DNA of 35,878 nt from a virus (IMGVR_UViG_2703718854_000001), one strand, 5' to 3'; shown: positions 8,428 to 18,061, counted from the first letter of the stretch. Numbers and translations are program-made. Notes: generated from the letters alone by a model not told the origin.

Positions 8428-8865
8428 CTATGAAGCTGACGTCACAAAATTAACGCCAAGAGTCAACAGGTTTGTCACTGCTCCAGCAATTACACCTGGA
8501 GTTCCGTCTTTTACTGCACTGATAATTTTATCACCCATCGTTTCATTACCGCCAAGTGCTTCGGGTTTTTTGTTGAGCACCGCGAGTGCTTTCTCGGTCA
8601 GGCGCACATCATGAAAACCGGTCTGATGGTCTGTTCCGTACAGAATATAGCCGTTTTCGCTTAGGAAAGTGAATGTGCCATCAACCACACTACGCAACTG
8701 ATTCAGTGCTTTCATTTCTGGTGAGTTAAGTTGGTCAAAGTAGTCATCAGGTAACGCGGCGTTAAATTTTTTGTAGGTGATGACTTGTGGTACAGGAAAG
8801 TTATCCCATAGCACCGCAAAGATTTCTGCCGTCTGTTGGTTGAATAATTCGAGATTTTTGGACAT
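8428..8865 (-). CDS. Hypothetical protein (145 aa) with a predicted C-terminal transmembrane anchor
   Basis: Good Shine-Dalgarno (GAAAGGGAA); C-terminal hydrophobic stretch GVIAGAVTNLLTLGVNFV; convergent with the RT gene. Confidence 0.55.
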   Translation of the reverse strand: MSKNLELFNQQTAEIFAVLWDNFPVPQVITYKKFNAALPDDYFDQLNSPEMKALNQLRSVVDGTFTFLSENGYILYGTDHQTGFHDVRLTEKALAVLNKKPEALGGNETMGDKIISAVKDGTPGVIAGAVTNLLTLGVNFVTSAS

Positions 8866-9196
8866 GCATAGTTCCCTTTCATCAATTAAAGACCCTTATG
8901 CCGACTGGGCAAAGAGGCTAACTGTAATGGCCTCAAATAACGACCTGAGCTCTCGCGAGGTGGATAGTTACACTGAAAAAATGGTTGAACAAGCCAGTAA
9001 AGATGAGCTTATGGTCGTTATAAAATACCTGTTAAATCACATCAGAATGAATAAATAAAATGATCTATATCAAGATGTTATCTCACATTTATGAAAGTCC
9101 GTGGACAACGATTTTTCTGCTAATTGTTGTCAGTACGTGCCTCAACAGTGTGATTGGTGCATTGCGCGGCCAGTGACAACTATAAAAATTGATCAG

Positions 9197-9224
9197 AACC
9201 GGCATCATGAATGCCGGTTTTTTT
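9197..9224 (+). terminator. Rho-independent terminator (9-bp GC-rich stem, T-run)
   Basis: aaccggcat-catga-atgccggtt followed by tttttt. Confidence 0.5.
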
Positions 9225-9382
9225 GTGCTTTTTCTGTGATATCCCCGTTTTTATCTGTGCATGCAATATGTGCATGGTTTTGCATGTGCCGGAGTTACAT
9301 GTTCTGGCCGTGCGTCCGCCAAGACTGGCGTGGCTCAAAAGCGGTATTGCAACTGCATTAAAACCGCCCCATGAAGCGGGCG

Positions 9383-9401
9383 GGCGAGGCGGGGAAAGCA
9401 C
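9383..9401. other. cos site: P2-type 19-nt cohesive-end sequence GGCGAGGCGGGGAAAGCAC
   Basis: Exact match to the P2 cohesive-end sequence as I recall it; lies between the old/tin-type region and Q, as in P2. Confidence 0.55.
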
Positions 9402-9545
9402 TGCGCGCAGCCCGTCAAGAATAAAAAACTCTCTTGCAGGTAGAAAACATTCTGTTAACATTTGTCTGGATGAAGTTTAAGTTAGAAATTTATGTTAATG
9501 AACTGATTGATACTTATGTTTTGTCAATAATTTAGGAATGTTAAG

Positions 9546-10682
9546 ATGACAAGCTATGTTACATGGGCAAATAAAGGTGGAATAGGTAAATCAACATTAT
9601 CTTTCCAATTGGCGTTAAAATACGCGAGATTAAACACGAATAAAAAAGTAATCATAATAGATATGAGCCCTCAGTGTGATGTCTCTAGAATGTTATTGGG
9701 GGGAGGGCATTTTAACGGTGAGCAAAAGATCTTGGATAGAATGACCTCTAATCCAAGGTTGACAATTTACCGGTATCTTGAGGCCTGTGTTAATGATGTT
9801 CCTTCTGGGAGGGGATGGCCTGATTCATTATCATACTTAATTGAACCTAATTCTTTTCGAGACGAAAACGCAGAAAAATTGCCTGATAATATTAGTATGG
9901 TCTGTGGAGATTTCGACTTAGAGAGGGTTACTCATAGTTTAGATAATTTGCCACAACCTCAACCAAGAGGCGGGCGTGTTCCGTCGGGTGCTCATTACTC
10001 AGCATATTTATTGCCACGCACTTTTCTACGGAAAATGGTGGAGGACTTTGAGCGCGAATACAGGGATGTGACAATTTTTATTGATACGGATCCATATTAT
10101 TCGGTAGTAACAACACATCTGGGGCTTCTGGCTGCAGACAGGTTGATTTCGGCATACTCTCCTTCATCTCAAGCAAGCCAGTATGCAGTATATCGTAGCT
10201 TAGAGTTTCTATACGATCCTAATTATGGACTGGTGCAAGAGGTTAATACACAGAGAGCAATATATGGTACCCCTTGGTTTGATAGTTTAAATAATATAAT
10301 TACAACACCGAATATATCTGTTGCAAATCTTTATATGGTAGTAAGTAACATGAATACGCCTCAGGCTGGAAGAGGACAACCTCCATACAGCCAACCCCAA
10401 AAACTACATAGACAATCGCAACAAGAAGTTATATCTAGAATTAATGACACATTAAGTAGTTTGGGGATCGCGCATGATTATGTTCATGACTATTTATGGG
10501 ATCTCAAGAGATTAGGTTTGATTTGTGATTATAATGGTTTTGATTTAGCAACAATTCAATTAGGGGAAAATTATGCGGAACCAAGTGATGATGGTAATTA
10601 TTATGTAAATACTACAGGTGGAACACCGATCCAATTATCATCCTATAATGCTAGGATCGAAACTGTTACATCAAAACTATAA
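9546..10682 (+). CDS. ParA/MinD-family P-loop ATPase with an unrecognised C-terminal extension of about 130 aa (378 aa)
   Basis: Deviant Walker A KGGIGKST; A' (IIIDMSPQ) and Walker B-like (IFIDTDP) motifs; AT-rich; no parB-like partner nearby. Confidence 0.7.
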   Translation: MTSYVTWANKGGIGKSTLSFQLALKYARLNTNKKVIIIDMSPQCDVSRMLLGGGHFNGEQKILDRMTSNPRLTIYRYLEACVNDVPSGRGWPDSLSYLIEPNSFRDENAEKLPDNISMVCGDFDLERVTHSLDNLPQPQPRGGRVPSGAHYSAYLLPRTFLRKMVEDFEREYRDVTIFIDTDPYYSVVTTHLGLLAADRLISAYSPSSQASQYAVYRSLEFLYDPNYGLVQEVNTQRAIYGTPWFDSLNNIITTPNISVANLYMVVSNMNTPQAGRGQPPYSQPQKLHRQSQQEVISRINDTLSSLGIAHDYVHDYLWDLKRLGLICDYNGFDLATIQLGENYAEPSDDGNYYVNTTGGTPIQLSSYNARIETVTSKL

Positions 10683-10688
10683 GAACTA

Positions 10689-10710
10689 GGGGAGCAAATG
10701 CTCCCTTTCT
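10689..10710 (+). terminator. Candidate rho-independent terminator after the ParA-like gene
   Basis: gggagc-aaat-gctccc hairpin followed by tttct. Confidence 0.4.
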
Positions 10711-10754
10711 ATATATGGGTTATTAATTACCCGCTTATATAAATATTGAAGAAA

Positions 10755-11774
10755 CTATAGGGTGTATTGTCTGAATTTTATTACATTCTGACCGAGCCAG
10801 CCGTTTATTTCCCGAATCCTGTCCTGTAACGGGATAAGCTCATTGCGGACAAAGACCTTTGCCACTTTCTCAATATCACCCAGCGCCCCGACGTTCTCCG
10901 GCTTGCCGCCCATCAACTGAAAGGGGATGCGGTGCGCGTCCAGCAGGTCTGCGGCGCTGGCTTTTTTGATATTAAAAAAATCATCCTTCGTTGCCACTTC
11001 ACTGAGCGGGATAATTTTAATGCCGTCGGCTTTCCCTTGTGGGGCATAGAGAAACAGGTTTTTAAAGTTGTTGCGGCCTTTCGACTTCACCATGTTTTCG
11101 CGGAGCATTTCGATATCGTTGCGATCCTGCACGGCATCGGTGACGTACATGATGTATCCGGCATGTGCGCCGTTTTCGTAATACTTGCGGCGGAACAGCG
11201 TGGCCGACTCATTCAGCCAGGCAGAGTTAAGGGCGCTGAGATATTCCGGCAGGCCGTACAGCTCCTGATTAATATCCGGCTCCAGCAGGTGAAACACGGA
11301 GCCGGGCGCGAAAGGTGTCGGCTCATGGAAGGACGGCACCCACCAGTAAACATCCTCTTCCACGCCACGGCGGGTATATTTTGCCGGTGAGGTTTCCAGT
11401 CTGATGACCTTACCGGTGGTGCTGTATCGCTTTTCCAGAAACGCATTACCGAACACCAGAAAATCCAGCACAAAGCGGCTGAAATCCTGCTGGGAAAGCC
11501 ACGGATGCGGGATAAATGTCGAGGCCAGAATATTACGTTTGACGTAAATCGGTGAGCTGTGATGCACGGCAGCACGCAGACTTTTTGCCAGACCGGTAAA
11601 GCTGACCGGTGGCTCATACCATCTGCCGTTACTGATGCACTCGACGTAATCCAGAATGTCACGACGGTCGAGTACCGGCACCGGCTCACCAAAGGTGAAT
11701 GCCTCCATTTTCGGGGCGCTGGCGGTCATTTTTTTTGCCGCAGGTTGCGGTGTTTTCCCTTTTTTCTTACTCAT
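10755..11774 (-). CDS. Q: Portal protein
   Basis: 339 aa at the position of P2 Q (344 aa); stop/start overlap with P. Confidence 0.88.
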   Translation of the reverse strand: MSKKKGKTPQPAAKKMTASAPKMEAFTFGEPVPVLDRRDILDYVECISNGRWYEPPVSFTGLAKSLRAAVHHSSPIYVKRNILASTFIPHPWLSQQDFSRFVLDFLVFGNAFLEKRYSTTGKVIRLETSPAKYTRRGVEEDVYWWVPSFHEPTPFAPGSVFHLLEPDINQELYGLPEYLSALNSAWLNESATLFRRKYYENGAHAGYIMYVTDAVQDRNDIEMLRENMVKSKGRNNFKNLFLYAPQGKADGIKIIPLSEVATKDDFFNIKKASAADLLDAHRIPFQLMGGKPENVGALGDIEKVAKVFVRNELIPLQDRIREINGWLGQNVIKFRQYTL

Positions 11775-13546
11775 CAGTAAAACTCCAGAATGGTGGATGT
11801 CAGCGGGGTGCTGATACCGGCGGTGAGTGGCTCATTTAACAGGGCGTGCATGGTCGCCCAGGCGAGGTCGGCGTGGCTGGCTTCCTCGCTGCGGCTGGCC
11901 TCATAGGTGGCGCTGCGTCCGCTGCTGGTCATGGTCTTGCGGATAGCCATGAACGAGCTGGTGATGTCGGTGGCGCTGACGTCATATTCCAGACAGCCAC
12001 GGCGGATAACGTCTTTTGCCTTGAGCACCATTGCGGTTTTCATTTCCGGCGTGTAGCGGATATCGCGCGCGGCGGGATAGAACGAGCGCACGAGCTGGAA
12101 CACGCCGACACCGAGGCCGGTGGCATCAATCCCGATGTATTCAACGTTATATTTTTCGGTGAGTTTGCGGATGGATTCCGCCTGGGTGGCAAAGTCCATG
12201 CCTTTCCACTGGTGACGCTCAAGTATTCTGAATTTGCCACCGGCCACCACCGGCGGTGCCAGCACCACGCATCCGGCGCTGTCGCCACGGTGTGACGGGT
12301 CGTAACCAATCCATACCGGGCGGGAGCCGAACGGATTGGCGGCAAACGGCGCATAGTCTTCCCATTCTTCCAGCGTGTCGACCATGCAGCGTTGCAGCTC
12401 CTCGAACGGGAACACCGACGCCTTGTCGTCAACAAATTCACACATGAACAGGTTTTTAAAATCGTCGGCGCTGTTTTCACGTTTGAGCTGCTCAATGTCG
12501 AACAGCGTGCAGCCACCTTTCAGGGCGTCCTCAATGGTGACAATCTGCCGCCACTGGCCGTCCGCACAGAGAAGCCCACCGGCAAGGGCGTTATGACTGA
12601 CGTCGATTTCCACGCGTTCGGCGGCGCTGGCGCGTCCCCGGTTGAACAGTTCACCTGACCAGAACGGGTAGGCGTCGTGCGCCAGCGTGGACGGGGTGGA
12701 GAAATAGGTCGAACGCAGGTGACTCTGTGAGGCCATACCTGATGCCACCTTACGCAGTACCTGAAAATTCGGGATCCAGAAAATCTCGTCGACGTACAGG
12801 TCGCCGTTATGGCTCTGTGCGGTGTTGGAGTTGGTGCCGAGAAAAATTAGTTTTGCGCCGTTATTGCCCAGGACAATCGGGTCACCGGTCAGGTCAACGT
12901 CAACCAGACGGGCAAAGGCGATGATGTATTCGCGGAACACATACGCCTGCGTTTTACTGGCCGACAGAAAAATCTGGTTATGGCCGGTTTTCAGGGCGCG
13001 CAGCAGCGCCTCGCGGGAAAAATAAAACGTTGCGCCAATCTGGCGGGATTTCAGTATATCGCGGATGCGGTGCTCAAGCCCGGCGCGATACCAGTGCAAC
13101 TGATAGTCGAAAGACTGCTCAAAGAAAATCTGCTCCAGCTTTTCGATGGCTTCGTCACTGAAAAAATTCTTTTTCGGTTTGCGACGCCCGCCTTTGTTGC
13201 GGTTAGCGACGTTCGGATTAAGGTCTGCCTCGTTGCCGGTCTGACTGTAGCGGTTGACCCGCGCCAGTCGTTCAATCTGGCGTCCCAGCAGGTCAATTTC
13301 CTTGAAGTCACCGCCGGTTTTCTGCGGTTTGATGATGAGCTGGGTCAGCCGCGCTTCCAGGCTCATTTCGACACGGCTGATGGGGGCAACGCTGTCCCAG
13401 CCGTCGCGCTGTTTCCAGCTCTGTACCGTCGGGCGTTTCATCTGCAACATGGCGGCAATCTGCGGCACGGAAAACCCCTGCCAGTACAGCAGCGCCGCCT
13501 GCCGACGCGGGTCGTGTAAAAGAGTGGTGTCTGTGGTGATGGTCAT
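11774..13546 (-). CDS. P: Terminase large (ATPase) subunit, 590 aa
   Basis: Length equals P2 P when started at the ATG with a GAGG Shine-Dalgarno; divergent from O. Confidence 0.88.
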   Translation of the reverse strand: MTITTDTTLLHDPRRQAALLYWQGFSVPQIAAMLQMKRPTVQSWKQRDGWDSVAPISRVEMSLEARLTQLIIKPQKTGGDFKEIDLLGRQIERLARVNRYSQTGNEADLNPNVANRNKGGRRKPKKNFFSDEAIEKLEQIFFEQSFDYQLHWYRAGLEHRIRDILKSRQIGATFYFSREALLRALKTGHNQIFLSASKTQAYVFREYIIAFARLVDVDLTGDPIVLGNNGAKLIFLGTNSNTAQSHNGDLYVDEIFWIPNFQVLRKVASGMASQSHLRSTYFSTPSTLAHDAYPFWSGELFNRGRASAAERVEIDVSHNALAGGLLCADGQWRQIVTIEDALKGGCTLFDIEQLKRENSADDFKNLFMCEFVDDKASVFPFEELQRCMVDTLEEWEDYAPFAANPFGSRPVWIGYDPSHRGDSAGCVVLAPPVVAGGKFRILERHQWKGMDFATQAESIRKLTEKYNVEYIGIDATGLGVGVFQLVRSFYPAARDIRYTPEMKTAMVLKAKDVIRRGCLEYDVSATDITSSFMAIRKTMTSSGRSATYEASRSEEASHADLAWATMHALLNEPLTAGISTPLTSTILEFY

Positions 13547-13719
13547 GAATACCTCGCCGTGATGAATACACGGCAAGGCTACTGAGTCGCGCCCCGCGAT
13601 TCGCTAAGGTGCTGTTGTGTCAGTGATAAGCCATCCGGGACTGATGGCGGAGGATGCGCATCGTCGGGAAACTGATGCCGACATGTGACTCCTCTAATCA
13701 CTATTCAGGACTCCTGACA

Positions 13720-14574
13720 ATGGCAAAAAAAGTCTCAAAATTCTTTCGTATCGGCGTTGAGGGTGACACCTGTGACGGGCGTGTCATCAGTGCGCAGGAT
13801 ATTCAGGAAATGGCCGAAACCTTTGACCCGCGAGTCTATGGTTGCCGCATTAACCTGGAACATCTGCGCGGCGTCCTGCCTGACGGTATTTTTAAGCGTT
13901 ATGGCGATGTGGTCGAACTGAAGGCCGAAAAGATTGACGATGATTCGGCGCTGAAAGGCAAATGGGCGCTGTTTGCGAAAATCACCCCGACCGATGACCT
14001 TATCGCGATGAACAAGGCCGCGCAGAAGGTCTATACCTCAATGGAAATTCAGCCGAACTTTGCCAATACAGGCAAATGTTATCTGGTGGGTCTGGCCGTC
14101 ACCGATGACCCGGCAAGCCTCGGCACGGAATACCTGGAATTCTGCCGCACGGCAAAACACAACCCTCTGAACCGCTTCAAATTAAGCCCTGAAAACCTGA
14201 TTTCAGTGGCAACGCCTGTTGAGCTGGAATTTGAAGACCTGCCTGAAACCGTGTTCACAGCCCTGACCGAAAAGGTGAAATCCATTTTTGGCCGCAAACA
14301 GGCCAGCGATGACGCCCGTCTGAATGACGTGCATGAAGCGGTGACCGCTGTTGCTGAACATGTGCAGGAAAAACTGAGCGCCACTGAGCAGCGCCTCGCT
14401 GAGATGGAAACCGCTTTTTCCGCACTTAAGCAGGATGTGACTGACAGGGCGGATGAAACCAGCCAGGCATTCACCCGCCTGAAAAACAGTCTCGACCACA
14501 CCGAAAGTCTGACCCAGCAGCGCCGCAGTAAAGCCACCGGCGGTGGCGGTGACGCCCTGATGACGAACTGCTGA
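13720..14574 (+). CDS. O: Capsid scaffolding protein, 284 aa
   Basis: Length and position match P2 O. Confidence 0.88.
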   Translation: MAKKVSKFFRIGVEGDTCDGRVISAQDIQEMAETFDPRVYGCRINLEHLRGVLPDGIFKRYGDVVELKAEKIDDDSALKGKWALFAKITPTDDLIAMNKAAQKVYTSMEIQPNFANTGKCYLVGLAVTDDPASLGTEYLEFCRTAKHNPLNRFKLSPENLISVATPVELEFEDLPETVFTALTEKVKSIFGRKQASDDARLNDVHEAVTAVAEHVQEKLSATEQRLAEMETAFSALKQDVTDRADETSQAFTRLKNSLDHTESLTQQRRSKATGGGGDALMTNC

Positions 14575-14632
14575 CCGGCGTCAGTCAGTCCGGGAAAACC
14601 TTCACGATTAACCCTTAATTTCAGGAAAAACT

Positions 14633-15706
14633 ATGCGCCAGGAAACCCGCTTTAAATTTAATGCCTACCTGTCCCGTGTTGCCGAACTGAACGGCATCGA
14701 CGCCGGTGATGTGTCGAAAAAATTCACCGTTGAACCGTCGGTCACCCAGACCCTGATGAACACCATGCAGGAGTCCTCTGACTTTCTGACCCGCATCAAC
14801 ATTGTGCCGGTCAGCGAAATGAAAGGGGAAAAAATTGGTATTGGTGTCACCGGCTCCATCGCCAGCACCACCGACACCGCCGGTGGCACCGAGCGTCAGC
14901 CGAAGGACTTCTCGAAGCTGGCGTCCAACAAGTACGAATGCGACCAGGTTAACTTCGATTTTTATATCCGCTACAAAACGCTGGACCTGTGGGCGCGTTA
15001 TCAGGATTTCCAGCTCCGTATCCGTAACGCCATTATCAAACGCCAGTCCCTTGATTTCATCATGGCCGGTTTTAACGGCGTGAAGCGTGCCGAAACCTCT
15101 GACCGCAACAGTAATCCGATGCTGCAGGATGTGGCGGTCGGCTGGCTGCAGAAATACCGCAATGAAGCCCCGGCGCGCGTGATGAGCAAGGTCACTGACG
15201 AGGAAGGCCGCACCACCTCTGAGGTTATCCGCGTGGGTAAGGGCGGTGATTATGCCAGCCTTGATGCACTGGTGATGGATGCGACCAACAACCTGATTGA
15301 ACCGTGGTATCAGGAAGACCCTGACCTTGTGGTGATTGTGGGACGTCAGCTACTGGCGGACAAGTATTTTCCCATCGTCAACAAGGAGCAGGACAACAGC
15401 GAAATGCTGGCCGCTGACGTCATCATCAGCCAGAAACGCATCGGCAACCTGCCAGCGGTACGCGTCCCGTACTTCCCGGCGGATGCGATGCTCATCACGA
15501 AGCTGGAAAACCTGTCCATCTACTACATGGATGACAGCCATCGCCGCGTGATTGAGGAAAACCCGAAACTCGACCGCGTGGAGAACTACGAGTCAATGAA
15601 CATTGATTACGTGGTGGAAGACTACGCCGCCGGTTGTCTGGTGGAAAAAATTAAGGTCGGTGATTTCTCCACACCGGCTAAAGCGACCGCAGAGCCGGGA
15701 GCGTAA
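14633..15706 (+). CDS. N: Major capsid protein, 357 aa
   Basis: Length and position match P2 N. Confidence 0.9.
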   Translation: MRQETRFKFNAYLSRVAELNGIDAGDVSKKFTVEPSVTQTLMNTMQESSDFLTRINIVPVSEMKGEKIGIGVTGSIASTTDTAGGTERQPKDFSKLASNKYECDQVNFDFYIRYKTLDLWARYQDFQLRIRNAIIKRQSLDFIMAGFNGVKRAETSDRNSNPMLQDVAVGWLQKYRNEAPARVMSKVTDEEGRTTSEVIRVGKGGDYASLDALVMDATNNLIEPWYQEDPDLVVIVGRQLLADKYFPIVNKEQDNSEMLAADVIISQKRIGNLPAVRVPYFPADAMLITKLENLSIYYMDDSHRRVIEENPKLDRVENYESMNIDYVVEDYAAGCLVEKIKVGDFSTPAKATAEPGA

Positions 15707-15709
15707 CCG

Positions 15710-16453
15710 ATGACGAGTCCCGCACAGCGCCACATGATGCGGGTCTCGGCAGCGATGACCGCGCAGCGGGAAGCCGCCCCGCTGCGACATGCAACTGTCT
15801 ATGAGCAGATGCTGGTCAAGCTGGCCGCAGACCAGCGCACACTGAAAGCGATTTACTCAAAAGAGCTTAAGGCCGCGAAAAAACGCGAACTGCTGCCGTT
15901 CTGGTTGCCGTGGGTGAACGGCGTGCTGGAGCAGGGCAAAGGCGCACAGGATGACATTCTGATGACAGTCATGCTGTGGCGTCTGGATACCGGCGATATT
16001 GCCGGTGCGCTGGAGATTGCCCGCTATGCCCTGAAGTACGGTCTGACCATGCCGGGTAAACACCGCCGCACCCCGCCGTACATGTTCACCGAGGAGGTGG
16101 CGCTTGCGGCCATGCGCGCTCACGCTGCCGGTGAGTCTGTGGATCCCCGCCTGCTGACGGACACCCTTGAACTGACCGCCACGGCTGACATGCCTGATGA
16201 AGTGCGCGCAAAGCTGCACAAAATCACCGGTCTGTTTCTGCGTGACGCTGGTGATGCCGCAGGGGCGCTGGCGCACCTGCAACGTGCGACACAGCTCGAC
16301 TGTCAGGCAGGCGTCAAAAAAGAGATTGAACGACTGGAGCGGGAGCTGAAACCGAAGCCGGAGCCGCAGCCAAAAGCGGTCACCCGCGCCCCGCGTAAGA
16401 CCCGGAGCGTGACACCGGCAAAACGTGGACGCCCGAAAAAGAAAGCCAGTTAA
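15710..16453 (+). CDS. M: Terminase small subunit, 247 aa
   Basis: Length and position match P2 M. Confidence 0.88.
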   Translation: MTSPAQRHMMRVSAAMTAQREAAPLRHATVYEQMLVKLAADQRTLKAIYSKELKAAKKRELLPFWLPWVNGVLEQGKGAQDDILMTVMLWRLDTGDIAGALEIARYALKYGLTMPGKHRRTPPYMFTEEVALAAMRAHAAGESVDPRLLTDTLELTATADMPDEVRAKLHKITGLFLRDAGDAAGALAHLQRATQLDCQAGVKKEIERLERELKPKPEPQPKAVTRAPRKTRSVTPAKRGRPKKKAS

Positions 16454-16552
16454 CAACCGAATGCGCCCCGCGCCAGGGCGGCACGCCGGTCAGTGACGGT
16501 GAATCACCTGACACTGCACCGGCGTCCACCGCCCGACTTTTCAGAGGTAGTC

Positions 16553-17062
16553 ATGATGACGCTGATTATTCCGCGAAAGGAGGCTCCCGTGTCCGGTGAG
16601 GGTACGGTGGTCATCCCGCAACCGGCAGGCGACGAGCCGGTGATTAAAAACACGTTCTTTTTTCCCGATATCGACCCGAAGCGCGTCCGGGAACGTATGC
16701 GCCTTGAGCAGACCGTCGCCCCCGCCCGTCTGCGTGAGGCCATCAAGTCAGGCATGGCTGAAACGAATGCGGAGCTGTACGAGTACCGCGAACAGAAAAT
16801 TGCCGCCGGTTTTACGCGTCTGGCTGACGTCCCGGCGGACGATATCGACGGTGAAAGCATCAAGGTTTTTTACTACGAGCGCGCCGTGTGTGCGATGGCG
16901 ACCGCGTCGCTTTATGAGCGTTATCGCGGCGTGGATGCCAGTGCGAAAGGCGACAAGAAGGCCGACAGCATTGACAGCACCATTGATGAACTGTGGCGGG
17001 ATATGCGCTGGGCGGTGGCGCGCATCCAGGACAAGCCGCGCTGCATCGTGAGTCAAATCTGA
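16553..17062 (+). CDS. L: Head completion protein, 169 aa
   Basis: Length and position match P2 L. Confidence 0.85.
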   Translation: MMTLIIPRKEAPVSGEGTVVIPQPAGDEPVIKNTFFFPDIDPKRVRERMRLEQTVAPARLREAIKSGMAETNAELYEYREQKIAAGFTRLADVPADDIDGESIKVFYYERAVCAMATASLYERYRGVDASAKGDKKADSIDSTIDELWRDMRWAVARIQDKPRCIVSQI

Positions 17063-17265
17063 TGAAGACCTTTGCGCTACAGGGCGACACGCTCGACGCC
17101 ATCTGTGTCCGGTATTACGGGCGCACTGAGGGCGTGGTTGAGACCGTGCTCGCCGCAAATCCGGGACTGGCTGAACTGGGTGCGGTGCTGCCACACGGCA
17201 CCGCTGTCGAACTGCCCGACGTTCAGACCGCGCCCGTGGCTGAAACTGTCAATCTGTGGGAGTAA
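17062..17265 (+). CDS. X: Tail protein X, 67 aa
   Basis: Length and position match P2 X; ATGA overlap with L. Confidence 0.85.
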   Translation: MKTFALQGDTLDAICVRYYGRTEGVVETVLAANPGLAELGAVLPHGTAVELPDVQTAPVAETVNLWE

Positions 17266-17268
17266 CGC

Positions 17269-17550
17269 ATGACAGCAGAAGAAAAAAGCGTCCTGTCGCT
17301 TTTCATGATTGGGGTGCTGATTGTTGTCGGCAAGGTGCTTGCCGGTGGTGAACCCATCACCCCGCGTCTGTTTATCGGGCGCATGTTGCTCGGTGGTTTT
17401 GTCTCGATGGTTGCCGGTGTTGTTCTGGTGCAGTTTCCTGACCTGTCACTGCCTGCGGTGTGCGGCATCGGCTCCATGCTGGGTATCGCCGGTTATCAGG
17501 TGATTGAGATTGCCATTCAGCGCCGCTTTAAGGGCAGGGGGAAACCGTAA
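17269..17550 (+). CDS. Y: Holin, 93 aa
   Basis: Hydrophobic membrane segments with a charged C-terminus; length matches P2 Y. Confidence 0.85.
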   Translation: MTAEEKSVLSLFMIGVLIVVGKVLAGGEPITPRLFIGRMLLGGFVSMVAGVVLVQFPDLSLPAVCGIGSMLGIAGYQVIEIAIQRRFKGRGKP

Positions 17551-18047
17551 TGCCGGTAATTAACACGCATCAGAATATCGCCGCCTTTCTCGACATGCTG
17601 TCGGTATCCGAAGGGACGGCGAATCATCCGCTGACGAAAAACCGTGGCTATGACGTGATAGTCACCGGACTGGACGGGAAGCCGGAAATTTTCACCGACT
17701 ACAGTGACCACCCGTTCGCGCATGGCCGACCGGCGAAGGTGTTTAACCGTCGCGGTGAAAAATCCACGGCCTCCGGTCGCTATCAGCAGCTTTACCTGTT
17801 CTGGCCGCATTACCGCAAACAGCTTGCCCTGCCGGATTTCAGTCCGCTGTCACAGGACAGACTTGCCATTCAGTTGATCCGCGAACGCGGTGCACTGGAT
17901 GACATCCGGGCGGGACGCATTGAGCGCGCCATTTCACGCTGTCGCAATATCTGGGCGTCCCTGCCGGGTGCCGGTTACGGTCAGCGTGAGCATTCACTGG
18001 AAAAACTGGTCACCGTCTGGCGTACCGCTGGCGGCGTACCGGCTTAA
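17550..18047 (+). CDS. K: Endolysin (lysozyme/transglycosylase), 165 aa
   Basis: Length and position match P2 K. Confidence 0.88.
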   Translation: MPVINTHQNIAAFLDMLSVSEGTANHPLTKNRGYDVIVTGLDGKPEIFTDYSDHPFAHGRPAKVFNRRGEKSTASGRYQQLYLFWPHYRKQLALPDFSPLSQDRLAIQLIRERGALDDIRAGRIERAISRCRNIWASLPGAGYGQREHSLEKLVTVWRTAGGVPA

Positions 18048-18061
18048 ACGGAGTAAACACC

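Noticed and set aside
9101-9361. Cys-rich 86-aa ORF in the cos-proximal intergenic region
   Set aside because: It spans a strong intrinsic terminator and runs up to the cos region, has no ribosome-binding site, and has an implausible composition; it is most likely a chance ORF.
11846-13519. Antisense ORFs inside P, and similarly inside N, M, L, J, I and T (for example 12040-12516, 14079-14537, 16748-17194, 22870-23580, 31320-32009)
   Set aside because: These are typical spurious open frames on the opposite strand of GC-rich phage structural genes; the sense-strand genes match the P2 order and lengths.
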